This document shows positions 46,994 to 58,954 of a DNA stretch of 64,000 bases, piece by piece. Origin of the DNA: Chrysomallon squamiferum (Eukaryota > Animalia > Mollusca); the NCBI GenBank assembly GCA_012295275.1, contig CM022667.1, positions 9,176,001-9,240,000 of the forward strand. The letters are read 5' to 3'. Position numbers and translations under genes: made by a program. How positions within the stretch are numbered: position 1 is the stretch's first letter; the number at the start of each line of letters is the position of its first letter. The notes beneath the pieces were generated by a model. That model had not been told where the DNA came from and did no database searches. It worked only from the letters and a program-made list of their open reading frames with translations.

Positions 46994-48149
46994 GCTTTCT
47001 GGGATAAATCTCAAAGTAATCTCTCTTTCTTTCTCTCGTTCTTTCAGTTTGTCTGTCTCTGATGATGTCTATAATCTATCTGACTATATATATATATATG
47101 TATGTACGTACGTATGTATGTATGTATGTATGTATGTATGTATGTATGTATGTATATATGTATGTATGTACGTACGTAGTATCTTCGTGTGTATGTTAAT
47201 AGATCTCTACGATATTGTTTTCTGAATATTTTAGAGAAAGAACCGAGTGATATTCTTAGCATGTCCACTCTTCAAGAAGCGAACGTAACCCTCTTATCCT
47301 CCGACACGTGCAAACTTGTCCTTTCTGTACTTGCTAACTACAACACCGAGGTGGACTCGCCTGCTAATGGAGGAATTTGCACAAACCCTGTAAATGCCAG
47401 CAGCTCAGCCTGTCCGGTAATTATTATTTGATCAATTTTTATTTTGAATTTTTTATTTTTTAAAAAGAAAAAAAAAAAGAACAACACAAGAATAACAATT
47501 AAATAACAAACGCCTCAAGAAACAGTAAAGGTGCAAAACGATCTCTCATATCATAAATATTCATCAGCTCGTTTTGAGACCAAGGTAATAAATTAGAACC
47601 AAGAATATCAACAACAACAAAAAAAAAAACAATAAAAATAATAATAATAATAAAAAAAAAAATTTTTTAAATAAAAATAAAAAAAAAATAAAAAAATAAT
47701 AAAAATTAAAAAAATTAAAAAATTAAAATTAAATAAAAATATAAATAAATAATATATAAATATAAATAACTAAAATAAAAATATAAATAAACAAACAAAC
47801 AAACAAACAAACAAACAAACATGGGAACAAGGAAGCTCGTCGGACAAAGCACTTTTAACTGAGCGTCTAGACTTGATTAATTTCAATCTGAATAAAAAAC
47901 GAGCGACATTTTCTGATCATTAAAATAAGTAAAAAATAAATAAAAAATAAGAAAAGAAAAATACGGTGTTTGTCTGTTGACAGCTGGACGAGGGCGGGAT
48001 GCTGCTTTGTCAGGACCAGGCTGACGAGACCGGGAAGAAACTGGATCCTGGCTGGCCTCGCTTTCGGGACCCCGTGCGACACGCGTGCGCCGAGCACGTT
48101 TGTGAACGTGACTAAGAGTCTAGACTTCATTAACACCAGTCTGCAATAA
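43059..48149 (+). CDS. Non-catalytic S1A serine protease homologue D (about 350 aa if corrected); +1 frameshift in the last exon as assembled
   Basis: Exons 43059-43143, 43544-43615, 45060-45188, 45640-45814, 46188-46288, 46724-46867, 47235-47416, 47984-48149 give 1054 nt (3n+1). SR|VLGG; LTSSNC (His57->Asn); DDIAV; TVCLP; ACPLDEGG (Ser195->Glu). An extra A at 48038-48040 moves NWILAGLAFGTPC...SLQ* out of frame and gives an early TAA at 48113-48115. Confidence 0.85.
43970..44810. repeat. Minisatellite of about 55 bp in intron 2 of homologue D
   Basis: Recurrent AAATGTAACTAAAGCTCCGTAATGTTGACAAATAGGATAACGTAATTATATAT units; homogeneous at about 44170-44610 and degenerate on both flanks. Confidence 0.88.
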
Positions 48150-48262
48150 AACGACGATATTTTCTGATCATTAAAAAAAAAAAAAAAAAAAAAAAAAATG
48201 ACATACCCCAAAAAATAAATAATAATAAAAAATAAAAACCGTCAATGAAAAGAAAAGCCTGA

Positions 48263-48293
<31 letters not shown>

Positions 48294-48336
48294 ATACATT
48301 TTTGAATTTGTTCTTTATTATATGTGAACACAACAG

Positions 48337-48408
<72 letters not shown>

Positions 48409-48786
48409 AAAATCAAGAAAATGGATTGTAAAAGGTTGGGTTTGCTTTTCTTACAATACACAAAAACACATACACACATACACATATACACATGTACTTA
48501 AGTTCCATAAGAAATATTATTAATTATTATCTCTAACTGAAAAGGCGGGCGTGCATACACAAGCAAACACATCCACTAAATGCGCGCACTTCGGCACGCA
48601 CAACACAAAAGAAAACGTACGCATGGTGCAAACACTTCCCTTCACATTTACACACGCACGAAAAGACAACTGCATTATTATAAATAAATAAATAGATAAC
48701 GAAATTAAAACTATTATTACTACTGAAATTACTACTACTACTATTACTTCTACTACTACCTCTACTGGTACCAATACTACTACTAC

Positions 48787-48834
<48 letters not shown>

Positions 48835-50149
48835 ATAATAATAATAATAATAATAATAATAGCATAAATAATAAATGGGAAAGTCTGAAAGATTCGAGGT
48901 CAGACTCACGGACACATTTCTAAACGAAGTCGGAACATTTCTGTACCCAGCGTCACTTGCCATATTTAGTTAAAAATCAGTCGAGTTATCGAAATGATCT
49001 CGCGCAAAATGTCTATAACTGACTTGGTGGTGTCGTTTAACATCGTGAAAGACCACTTTTAGCGCACGTCGAGTCTTCATATGATGTACGATAACAACAT
49101 GGCTTATAAATCAGAATTTGGAAAAACAAACTTCGTAAAGATATGAATAAGACTGAAATATATTATCTATACTTACATTAACATTTATTTATTTATTTAT
49201 TTACACTCTCGAATCAGCCTTAAAGACAGTCTATATCAGAAATAATTACAAGAATATTATTTGAATTTTTGAAATAAAATAAATATGAATAATAAATCAA
49301 AAGTGACACTGAGAAAAATAACAAACTATACAGAATGAAAACTAAAGATAAATACATTTTTTATTTTTTTTTTTTATTTTTTTTATAAAACCTTTGAGAA
49401 AGGGAAAGAGATTATAAATGACTAAATTTAGAAGGATCTGTCGAAATTAATTTCGGTCAAGAACCGTAGTCACTTGATAAGCTGACAAATACATGAAAAG
49501 TAAATATAATTAAATTGTATGTACTTATCGACAATGGCCGATCGTAGCTGCATGTTTCACAGTATTTTACGACCTTGCACTTACCTAGCTTGCAGCGAGT
49601 GACGTTATTGCAATTGTTGACGTCATATTTATTTCCTTGCGAACAAAGCCGAATCAGACGGAATCGGAGATCTCCGTCAATTAAGTCTTCATTATTTATT
49701 TATTTATTTATTTATTTATACTTTATGTCTTAACAAATGATTTTTTTTTTAAATTATTTTGTTGTTTTTATTTATATTGCTTATTTAAAACTTATTATTT
49801 CTTTCTTTGTAATTTTGATGAATCCAATCAATATTTCAACTAGTAAAGGTATGATTGTATTCTGTCATTATTTTAACATAAGTAAGGCTACGGCTAGGCT
49901 TATGGTCTGGTTTAGGATTAGGGTTAGTATTAGTATTGTATTTAATTATCTATTCATCTCAAGAGACATTCACATAAAACTTGGAAGCACTCTAAAAGAA
50001 GTATAGAGAACCAGCGACATGCATCCAAACGTCCGTCTGAACTGTTCTCCCCCCAGAGCATACTCAACATACAAACACTTGTGTTCTCTGCGTGTGTTGT
50101 ACTTAAGTATTAAATATTATCAAAAACGTGATAAAAATAGAAAAGCACT

Positions 50150-50174
50150 GTCGCTTATAGCAACAGTGACGTCA
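50150..50174 (+). promoter_or_regulatory. Composite RFX X-box-like + CRE element upstream of the non-coding first exon of Kelch gene 1
   Basis: GTCGCTTATAGCAAC-AG-TGACGTCA, about 130 bp before the donor GTGAGT at 50302. Conserved at 57003-57019 and 57661-57677. Confidence 0.55.
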
Positions 50175-51128
50175 TTTTTAAATCACGCGACTCTTTTCTT
50201 GCCACGTACACACTCGACTTCAGAAAGCCGACTAAGCTCGTTACCTTTCTGTGTTAAACTGATTAAACTGTTATTATTTAAAGTAAACATTAACTAAAGA
50301 AGTGAGTATTGTTTTTGTTTATTTAGAACATTTATAGGTATTCTCACGTGGTAGTTTTATATCATATACAGAGGTCTCACTACATACTGAAAGAGACAGC
50401 GGGCCCGCCATCACTTACAGCTTACATTTGTCAGCAACGGCAGCAATATCCGCCACTCGTTTACTTGGTGAACTTCGTTTTGTATAATAAATTAAACAGA
50501 CACTTAGATCTTATTTAATATGCTAGTAAAATAAACTTGATAACAGTTAATGTATTTGATGAATTATTTATAGGTGTATTTTGAACATTAGTAATTTGAA
50601 CATTAGTAATATCTAATTTACTTCCTCGTTCGATTCATTACCCCGATTGTTAACATTTTTATATCGCTTATAACAGAACTTATCGTAACTAACAGTCTGT
50701 TATTCTTTAATTATCAGTCATTTATGCATTTATTCACAATAATATATTTATTAATTTCTCAGAGAATATTATATAATTTTATTTCTTTTTCTCGGTACAA
50801 ATTTAGTGACCTACATTTTTTCTTAAAGTTACTGTGCTGAATATAGGTCAGTGGATAAAACAAACGACTCATGTTGACTTAGGGCGTATGGGTAAGGATA
50901 TCAATCCTCGTTTTATATATATGTATAAAATATACACTACTACTACAATTATTATTATTATTATTATTTAAATACTCCCTTAATTTGTTATTATTTATCA
51001 TTATCATATCTATTATTTTATAGTTTGTTCCAGAATATGAAATTGAGTAACATTTATCTTCCTTTTCTTTTTATTCTTCTATTTTCTTCTATTTTCTTCT
51101 TTCTTCTACATTTACAGATTTAACAGGG

Positions 51129-52772
51129 ATGGAAGAGGTAAAGCTGTGGTTTCTTCAGAAGATTCACGATGTTTTTGTTCAAGGTGAACACAATGACATA
51201 AAGCTTGAGTTTGAAGATGGGTCAACATCAGCAAGTAAAATAATCCTGGCAGCACTTTCCCCATACTTTGAAGCCATGCTGACGTCAGATATGTTGGAGA
51301 AGAAAACTGGTGTGGTGACGTTTCCGACGGTTTCTAAATCAACGTTTAGTGACGTCTTGGATTTCTACTTTCTCGGAAAAGACATCGTGAACGACTCCAA
51401 CTGTTTACCAGTGTTGCATGCCGCTGACATGATGCAGCTGGATCATCTTAAAGCACATTGTGCTGAATACATGTCCACATTTAGAAATCTGAAAACAGAA
51501 AACTGTGTTGAGAGATGGAAGGCTTTAAGAAAGGTTAACATGGAAGAGCCAGCTCGTGCTGTATTCGAGTACATTGTAGAAGATCTGGGGAATGTTTCTG
51601 AAGAAGGACTCATCTTAGAACTGGATGAAAGTGAATTACTGGAACTACTTTCTCGGGATGATCTGATGAGGAAAGAGAACGACATTGTGAAAGATATCCA
51701 AGCGTGGATCAAAAAGAACAACTGTTCAGCTGAGACAAGGATTAACCTGTTTAAACAAATACGATTTGAACTCGTCAGCGTCTCTTATCTTTTTCGTGAA
51801 GTAAATTCTTCAGATATTGTACATGATAATGCAGCCATTCAAGAAATTGTTCAAAAAGGTCTAGAAAGAAAGAATTCGAATGACACTGAAAGTCAAGTAT
51901 TGTGTGATAGCAGATATTTATCGGTAGTGAAAGATGTTGTGTTTATCCTGGATAATTCTGGAACACACTTTACTGCCGCCTGTTTCAGTGACAACACTTT
52001 CTATGAACTACCTGAGGCATGTGATAATCCTGGCCCTTTGTTTGCGGCAGCAATTCTGGGAAAAGATATGTACATTACTGGAGGTGATAATCAGAATAAA
52101 ACAACCATGATCTATCATGTATGGAATAGATGCTGGAGTCATGGTCCTGATCTCATTTATAATCGGTTTGAACACTGCATGGCTGTCGTGAATGGTTCAG
52201 TGTACGTCATTGGTGGTAGATACTCAAACTCGATAGAGCAGCTGAAACCAGAAGACAAGAATTGGCGAGAGATCGTTGATCTTGGTTGTTCAAGGCTATA
52301 TGCTTGCGCTGAATCAGTTGGAACAAATATTCTTGTGTTGGGAGGGACTGTGGATCGAAGTTGGACTGGACTGATTCATTGTTTTAACACAGAGACACTA
52401 GCAGTGACCACAATCAACACTGGAGAGGAACGTTTTACTTTGCTCAGATCTTATCTACAAATGCCAAACATTTATCTGAGTGACTGTGATGGTACCGTCT
52501 ACGTGATTCACGTGGATGATCCAAAAGTTCCAAAATTAACGTGTAATCGTGTTAGACATGTCAGAATTTGGAATGAAAATGGATTCATATACAAAGATAA
52601 CTCCCTCATTTATACTGATGCATCAGGTTTTACGAAGCTAAATTTGAAAGATGGTTCTCGTGAACACATCAGCTTTACAAATACTACATCAAGTCATGGT
52701 AGTCATAGGACGTTATGTATGCAGGTTCCACGCTCTTGTCTGAATATTCAAAATACTGTAATTAATAAATGA
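51129..52772 (+). CDS. BTB-BACK-Kelch (kelch-like) protein 1, 547 aa, intronless CDS
   Basis: BTB (DIKLEFEDGSTSASKIILAALSPYFEAMLTSDMLE), BACK (LLSRDDL...QIRF) and Kelch repeats (MYITGG, VYVIGG, ILVLGG, with W or F at blade ends). A 5'UTR intron runs from 50302 (GT) to 51117 (AG). Confidence 0.95.
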   Translation: MEEVKLWFLQKIHDVFVQGEHNDIKLEFEDGSTSASKIILAALSPYFEAMLTSDMLEKKTGVVTFPTVSKSTFSDVLDFYFLGKDIVNDSNCLPVLHAADMMQLDHLKAHCAEYMSTFRNLKTENCVERWKALRKVNMEEPARAVFEYIVEDLGNVSEEGLILELDESELLELLSRDDLMRKENDIVKDIQAWIKKNNCSAETRINLFKQIRFELVSVSYLFREVNSSDIVHDNAAIQEIVQKGLERKNSNDTESQVLCDSRYLSVVKDVVFILDNSGTHFTAACFSDNTFYELPEACDNPGPLFAAAILGKDMYITGGDNQNKTTMIYHVWNRCWSHGPDLIYNRFEHCMAVVNGSVYVIGGRYSNSIEQLKPEDKNWREIVDLGCSRLYACAESVGTNILVLGGTVDRSWTGLIHCFNTETLAVTTINTGEERFTLLRSYLQMPNIYLSDCDGTVYVIHVDDPKVPKLTCNRVRHVRIWNENGFIYKDNSLIYTDASGFTKLNLKDGSREHISFTNTTSSHGSHRTLCMQVPRSCLNIQNTVINK

Positions 52773-54245
52773 TTATGTGACGGAGATTTTTGCATGTAAC
52801 ACACAAGAATGGTAAATAATTCATTGAAGTAAAATGTGGATTTGTAAGAAAAGACTCAATTTCTAATTAATTAATGTAGTCTAAATAGAGATATAATAAA
52901 AGTAAAAATAAACAAAATGTTTGATTCCGATTTTTGAAATGATTGATATAATCAGTGACGTGTATTATATATATAATGTGTGTTTCCGATTTCATACCAG
53001 ATTTTACTAAATTAAAATATCTGAATAACTTCATTCTCTTTGTATGATTGTATCTATTTGGATAATGTTGGTGTAAAAATAGTTGTTACAGAGTTATAGT
53101 TCATGGTCAAAAAAAAAATCATTTTTCTCACAAAATACCAGTTTGTTTAATGTTTCTCGAGGTTATAATTACAAAAACTTTATGGTAATAAATTTAATTT
53201 TTATTATTTACGTCCATATATCGTAGAAATGACATAAAACTTTGTGTTCGAAACAAACGATTTAGACATAAACAGACAATTCGATTTGTGATAATACTGC
53301 ATTCGTAATGGTGTACATTGAATAAAGTTAATTCAGATAACACAGTGAGTTATTAAGTGATAAATAAAAATAGTGACATTGTTTGTTTTGATTTTTCCTC
53401 TCTGTTACATTTATAATAAATATTATTCTATTTTCCTTCTCAATTGGTTCCTATTAATTTTTTAATTTTTTTTGTTTGTTTGTTTATTTTTTTTTTTTTC
53501 TGCTAAAGAGGTGTGTGGTGACCTGTTAATGTGAAATCAATTGTTTTGTCTTCATGTAAATATTACCTGAATTAATCATTAATGTTAGTGAGATGTAAGA
53601 AGTGAAAAAATGATTTATTTATTTTATTATATTTTCTATTATTATTATTATTAATTTTTTTCTGATTATTATTATTATTGTTATTATTCTTGTTCTTGTT
53701 ATTATTATCACATAATGTACAGTTACTTACATAAACAGAATAGACTATGTATTAGAAATTATTGAATTTTGAAATTTTATTTAATGAAAATTAAACAAAT
53801 AAAGATTTCTTCAAACTGTAGTTGTTGTTTTATTACTGCTTTGTTTTTGTTGTTGTTGTATTTGTTGCTATTATCATTATTATCATTGGCATGTTGTTAT
53901 TGTTATTATTGTTATTTAGATGATGTATCTGAATTGCTGTTATAATATTAAAATATTTATGAATCGTTCTCTTTTGCCTCGAACAAAAAAATAATACTTT
54001 GAGATATATTTAAAAATGGAACAATTTTCATACTTTAACAAATATAAAAAAAGTGTAACCTTTTTATATCTTTTCTATGAGATATATTTAAGAAAGGCAC
54101 AGTTATCAAACTTCAGAGCAGAAACCATATGCTAGATTCTAAAGATAATAAATTAATAATTGTATGAGTGAATAATACAATAGACACAAACATACACGTA
54201 CAGAACCACGCTAAAATTTGTTTTGAACAGGAAAAGAGCGAGAAT

Positions 54246-54288
<43 letters not shown>

Positions 54289-54647
54289 AGAGCGCGATTA
54301 TTTTCCACCATAGAAGAGAAACTGCAGTAAGTGTATTATCTTTCTGTCGTCCTTTATTATTAGGAAAGCTTAAGAAACAAAATAATATATTTAAACTGTA
54401 CAGTATATATTTACTTTATTTGTCATGTTGTTAACACCCAGGCTACAATGTTCACAGTTTTAATGCAAACTCGTTGAATCTCGTTTTACAAAACATGGTG
54501 AGTGATATTTCCTGATTATTTGACCTGTTTTTGTTCAAACATTCTATTTCTATTTGCAGGATGTACATGACAAGTTTTCTTCCTTATTTTAAATATACCT
54601 AATCATGAGACAGCTTGATTATATAATTTTATTAAACAGTCTTTTTT

Positions 54648-54730
54648 GTAGTGCGGGCGAATGGGTGTCAGTACGTTCTTCAGTATTGTTTATGTTCAGA
54701 GTCTAATCAGATGTACGTAAGACAGAAGAA
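54648..54730 (+). mobile_element. Internally deleted SINE remnant
   Basis: GTGCGGGCGAATGGGTGTCAGTACGTTC joined directly to TATTGTTTATGTTCAGAGTCTAATCAGATGTACGTAAGACAGA; duplicated at 62715-62795. Confidence 0.6.
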
Positions 54731-55643
54731 AGTCATACCTAATTACATACACGCCCACATATATGTCTGTATGAGTATGTGTGTGTTATTTATAACACAT
54801 ATCTAATGTGTGTGTATGTATGTATGTATGTATGTGTATATATACAAATCAGAACGATCTGTTGTGAAACACGTTTACGACAGGCCAGCTGATGTGTCTG
54901 TCGCGGAGAAGAGTTTTGTCGAAGGAAAGAGAAAGGGATTCTTATTACGACTGTAGGACACAAGAGAGTGTCCAGCATATCGAATCGTAACGAAACAACG
55001 GGTTATGTCAAAGCAAGACTGTCGTTTTCAACCAAAGCATACAGGAGCCAAATTTTCCATATACTTGGGGGTCCAGAATTGTCAGAAAAGTGCAGTAAAC
55101 AAGTAAAAATAGAATTAAATTTTATGTACTCACCGGCAATGTCCGATCATAGCAGCATATTTGAAAGTATTTCACAAGTTCTCCAAAATGCACGACCTTC
55201 GACTTACCTAGCTTGCAGCGAGTGACGTTATTGCAACTGTTGACGTCATATTTACTTACTTGCGAACAAAGCCGAATCAGACGGTATCGGAGATCTTCGT
55301 CATTTAAGTCTTCATTATTTATTTATTTGTTTATTTGTTTACTTTTTATGTCTTAATTAATTAATGAAGTTATTCATATTGTTAGTTATTTTCTTATTGT
55401 TGTTATTTTATATTTATATATCTTTTCTAAAACTTTGCAACTATTTTATTATTTATTTCTCTGATTTTAAATTATTTATTAATTAATTAATGTTATTTTT
55501 AATTTTTAATAATATAAATGTTGCTCAGTTTCAGTTTCTGTCAGTTTAGTGAGTTCTCTCTACGTAACAGTTAAGATTATCTAATTTGTAATTAAGCATT
55601 AATTAAAAAATAAACTTGTAAAATTAACAGTGTAAAATGTCTG

Positions 55644-55679
<36 letters not shown>

Positions 55680-56694
55680 AAAAAAGGAAAAGAGAAAAGA
55701 AGAAAAAAGAGAAATTCAGAAACAGGGTAAGATGGTATGGAAGGTAGATGCTGTGGGGATTAGTAGGTTAAAATAATACTGTTGTAATAGAACAAGAAGG
55801 CTATAGCATTAACTTAATTCTTTTTTGAAGAGTAAAGAATAAATGTATATTAGAATTTCATGTATTTCTTTCTTATGCAAAGTAATAAATATACTGACTT
55901 TATGCCATACAATTTATTTTGATTTTTTTATTATTGTTTTTATTTTTATTATTTCTCTGTTTACAACAAACTGGCTGGTATAAGTCAAATCTACACATTA
56001 ATAATTTTGTTGAATCAAATCAATATTTCAACCAGTAATGAAGTTATTGTATTAAAGGTTTATACTGTTCATAAGTACAATTACGTGCATTCATTTATAC
56101 TGTTATAAAGACAATGTAAAATAAATGTGTATGGGAATAAGTATTCAACTCACAAGAAAATGTTTTGTTTTTATTTTCCAGTGCATTATTACTTCTAATA
56201 TTTAAAATCTCAAAAATAAACCAGTCCTCATTGCCCACGTTGTTCATGTTTCAGTTCTAGACTTTTAGACTCATTCACTTTGTTCTGTACGACGCTGTTA
56301 GATTTAACATGGTGAATACTTTTATACTCGTGTAATCCTAACATCAGTGATGAAGCCATTACAATATATCAGTAAACAGCATAGATATAACATGTTAGAT
56401 GTAAATTAATTTCCAAAAAATATTTCGATATAAAATTTTAAATAGTGACTTTTATTTGATCAAATTAACTTCAGAAAGTTTATGATCAGGGTTAAGATAA
56501 GATAAAAAAAAAAAATAACAAAAAAATAACAACATCAAACTAAAGAAATCATAACCTATCATTTTAATATAAATAAGGTTATGGCTACGCTTATTGGTTG
56601 GGTTAGGATTAGGGATGGTGTTAGTATTCTATTTTTTTTTTTTTTTTAATTAATGTGTTTGTTTTTATTATGTACTGTAAACAATTAATTAATT

Positions 56695-56784
<90 letters not shown>

Positions 56785-57253
56785 CTGTAATAAAAGATAA
56801 AAATCCTATATATTTATTTTTATTTTATTTACCGTGTGCAGTCGAAATCACTAAACAAATAAATAAATAAATAAATAATACAAGTAAGAACCAAAGATTT
56901 ATCTTTAAACAAGTAAATTACTTTATCAGCATGAACAATGCTTGAGTATAAAAAATATTAACAGCTTAAAAAACGTAGAATAAACTTTATCTCTTGGGCA
57001 TATAGCAACAGTGACGTCAGCCGAAAGTCATGCGATATTTGTCACCTAAACAGTGTTATCTGAAAGCAGTCTAACCTAGTTTTTGTTTTCACTACTAACA
57101 CTTGGGTAAATTTCAACAGCAATCAAATAAAAATGCTTTTATAAACCATTTACCCATTTACTGTAGACACTGAATATAAACTAAATATAATTTTTAAAAA
57201 ACCATTTTGTTGTTTGTTTTTACTAGTTTCTGTAAACAATTAATTAATTAATT

Positions 57254-57316
<63 letters not shown>

Positions 57317-57349
57317 TATTATTATTATTATTATTACTATTACTATTAC

Positions 57350-57400
<51 letters not shown>

Positions 57401-57660
57401 CTGTAATAAAAGATAAAAATCCTATATATTTATTTCATTTTATTTACCTTGTGCAGTCGAATTCACTAAATAAATAAATAAATAAATAAATAATACAAGT
57501 AAGAACCAAAGATAAATCTTTAAACAAGTAAGTTACTTTATCACCATGAATAATACTTGAGTATAAAAAATATTAACAACTTGAGAATATCTATATACTC
57601 AAAAAAAATCTATAACAGTGGAATGGTAACATTTTATTTACTTCCTTTTTTGTGTGTTTA

Positions 57661-57693
57661 TAGCAACGGTGACGTCATCCATACATCACGTGA
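57661..57693 (+). promoter_or_regulatory. RFX half-site + CRE + E-box upstream of the non-coding first exon of Kelch gene 2
   Basis: TAGCAAC-GG-TGACGTCA followed by TCACGTGA; donor GTGAGT at 57805. A duplicate element is at 57003-57019. Confidence 0.5.
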
Positions 57694-58649
57694 TATTTGT
57701 CTGGTCACTTAGATACTGATGTTATCAAGCAGTCTAACCTCGTTACCGTTCTGTATTAAACTGATTAATGTGCGAATCATTTAAAGTAAACATTAACCAG
57801 AGATGTGAGTATTATATTTTTTCTAAGTTTTATAAGATATTTATAACAAATATTTTTATAAACAAAACATCTATAACCTTGAAATATTAATATGTTATTG
57901 AATTCCTTTGAAATACAGTTACTGCCAATGCTGCTACTGCTATTACTACTGCTACTACTACTGTTATTATTGTTATTGTGATTATTATTATGATTATGAT
58001 TATGATTATTATTATTATTATTATTATTAGTAGTAGTAGTAGTAGTAGTAGTATTTATTTATAGGAGTATTTTGACAAGTGATTTGAACATTAGTAATAT
58101 CTAATTTACTTCCTCGTTCGAATCATTACCCCGATTGTTAACATTTTTATGTCGCTTAAAACAGAATTTATCCTAATAGTCCGTTATTCTTTATGCATTT
58201 ATTCCCCATAATATATTCATTAATTTCTCAGAGAATATTATATAATTTTATTTCTTTACGTCGGTAGAGGTTTAGTGACCTACATTGTTTCTTTAAATTA
58301 CTGTGCTAAATATAGATCAGTGGATAAAGCGTTCGACTGACCTTGACCTAGCGTAACAAAGATCGTGTTAAGTGTTTTTACCTTTAGGAGAACGTTTCTA
58401 TTAAAGATACCTGATAACTAATTTTTTTTTTTTCCTCGGATTTTATAAGTGTATAAGAAATCTACGAATAATAATTTGGAAAACATAGTTAAAAATGTGC
58501 GTTCAGTATATTCACAGAATTACGAGGTTTGGTCATACGCTGAACAGCTCTGTGAACGTTTTTCTGTAGTTCATTATTTTTTGAAGAAAAAATATGTCTA
58601 TTTATGATCCTGTTACGATATCATCTACTACTACTACTACTACTACTAT

Positions 58650-58758
<109 letters not shown>

Positions 58759-58954
58759 GTGATTTATCATCATCATATGTGTTATTTTCTTTTTCTTCCG
58801 GAATATGAAACTGAGTAATGTTTATTTTATATTTTTCTTTATATTTATATTTATTTTATTTTTCATCTTCTTTTTCTTTATATTTATTTTCACTTCTCTT
58901 CGTTTATATTTATATTATATTTTTCTTTCTTCTACATTTACAGATTCAACAGGG

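Noticed and set aside
51443-51721. Conserved minus-strand ORFs inside both Kelch genes (also 59269-59601)
   Set aside because: Antisense shadows explained by near-identity of the duplicated BTB/BACK coding sequence.
58805-58954. Hydrophobic N-terminal extension (apparent signal/TM) on Kelch gene 2 in the ORF track
   Set aside because: It is the T-rich 3' end of the 5'UTR intron (acceptor AG at 58943). The start homologous to gene 1 is ATG 58955.
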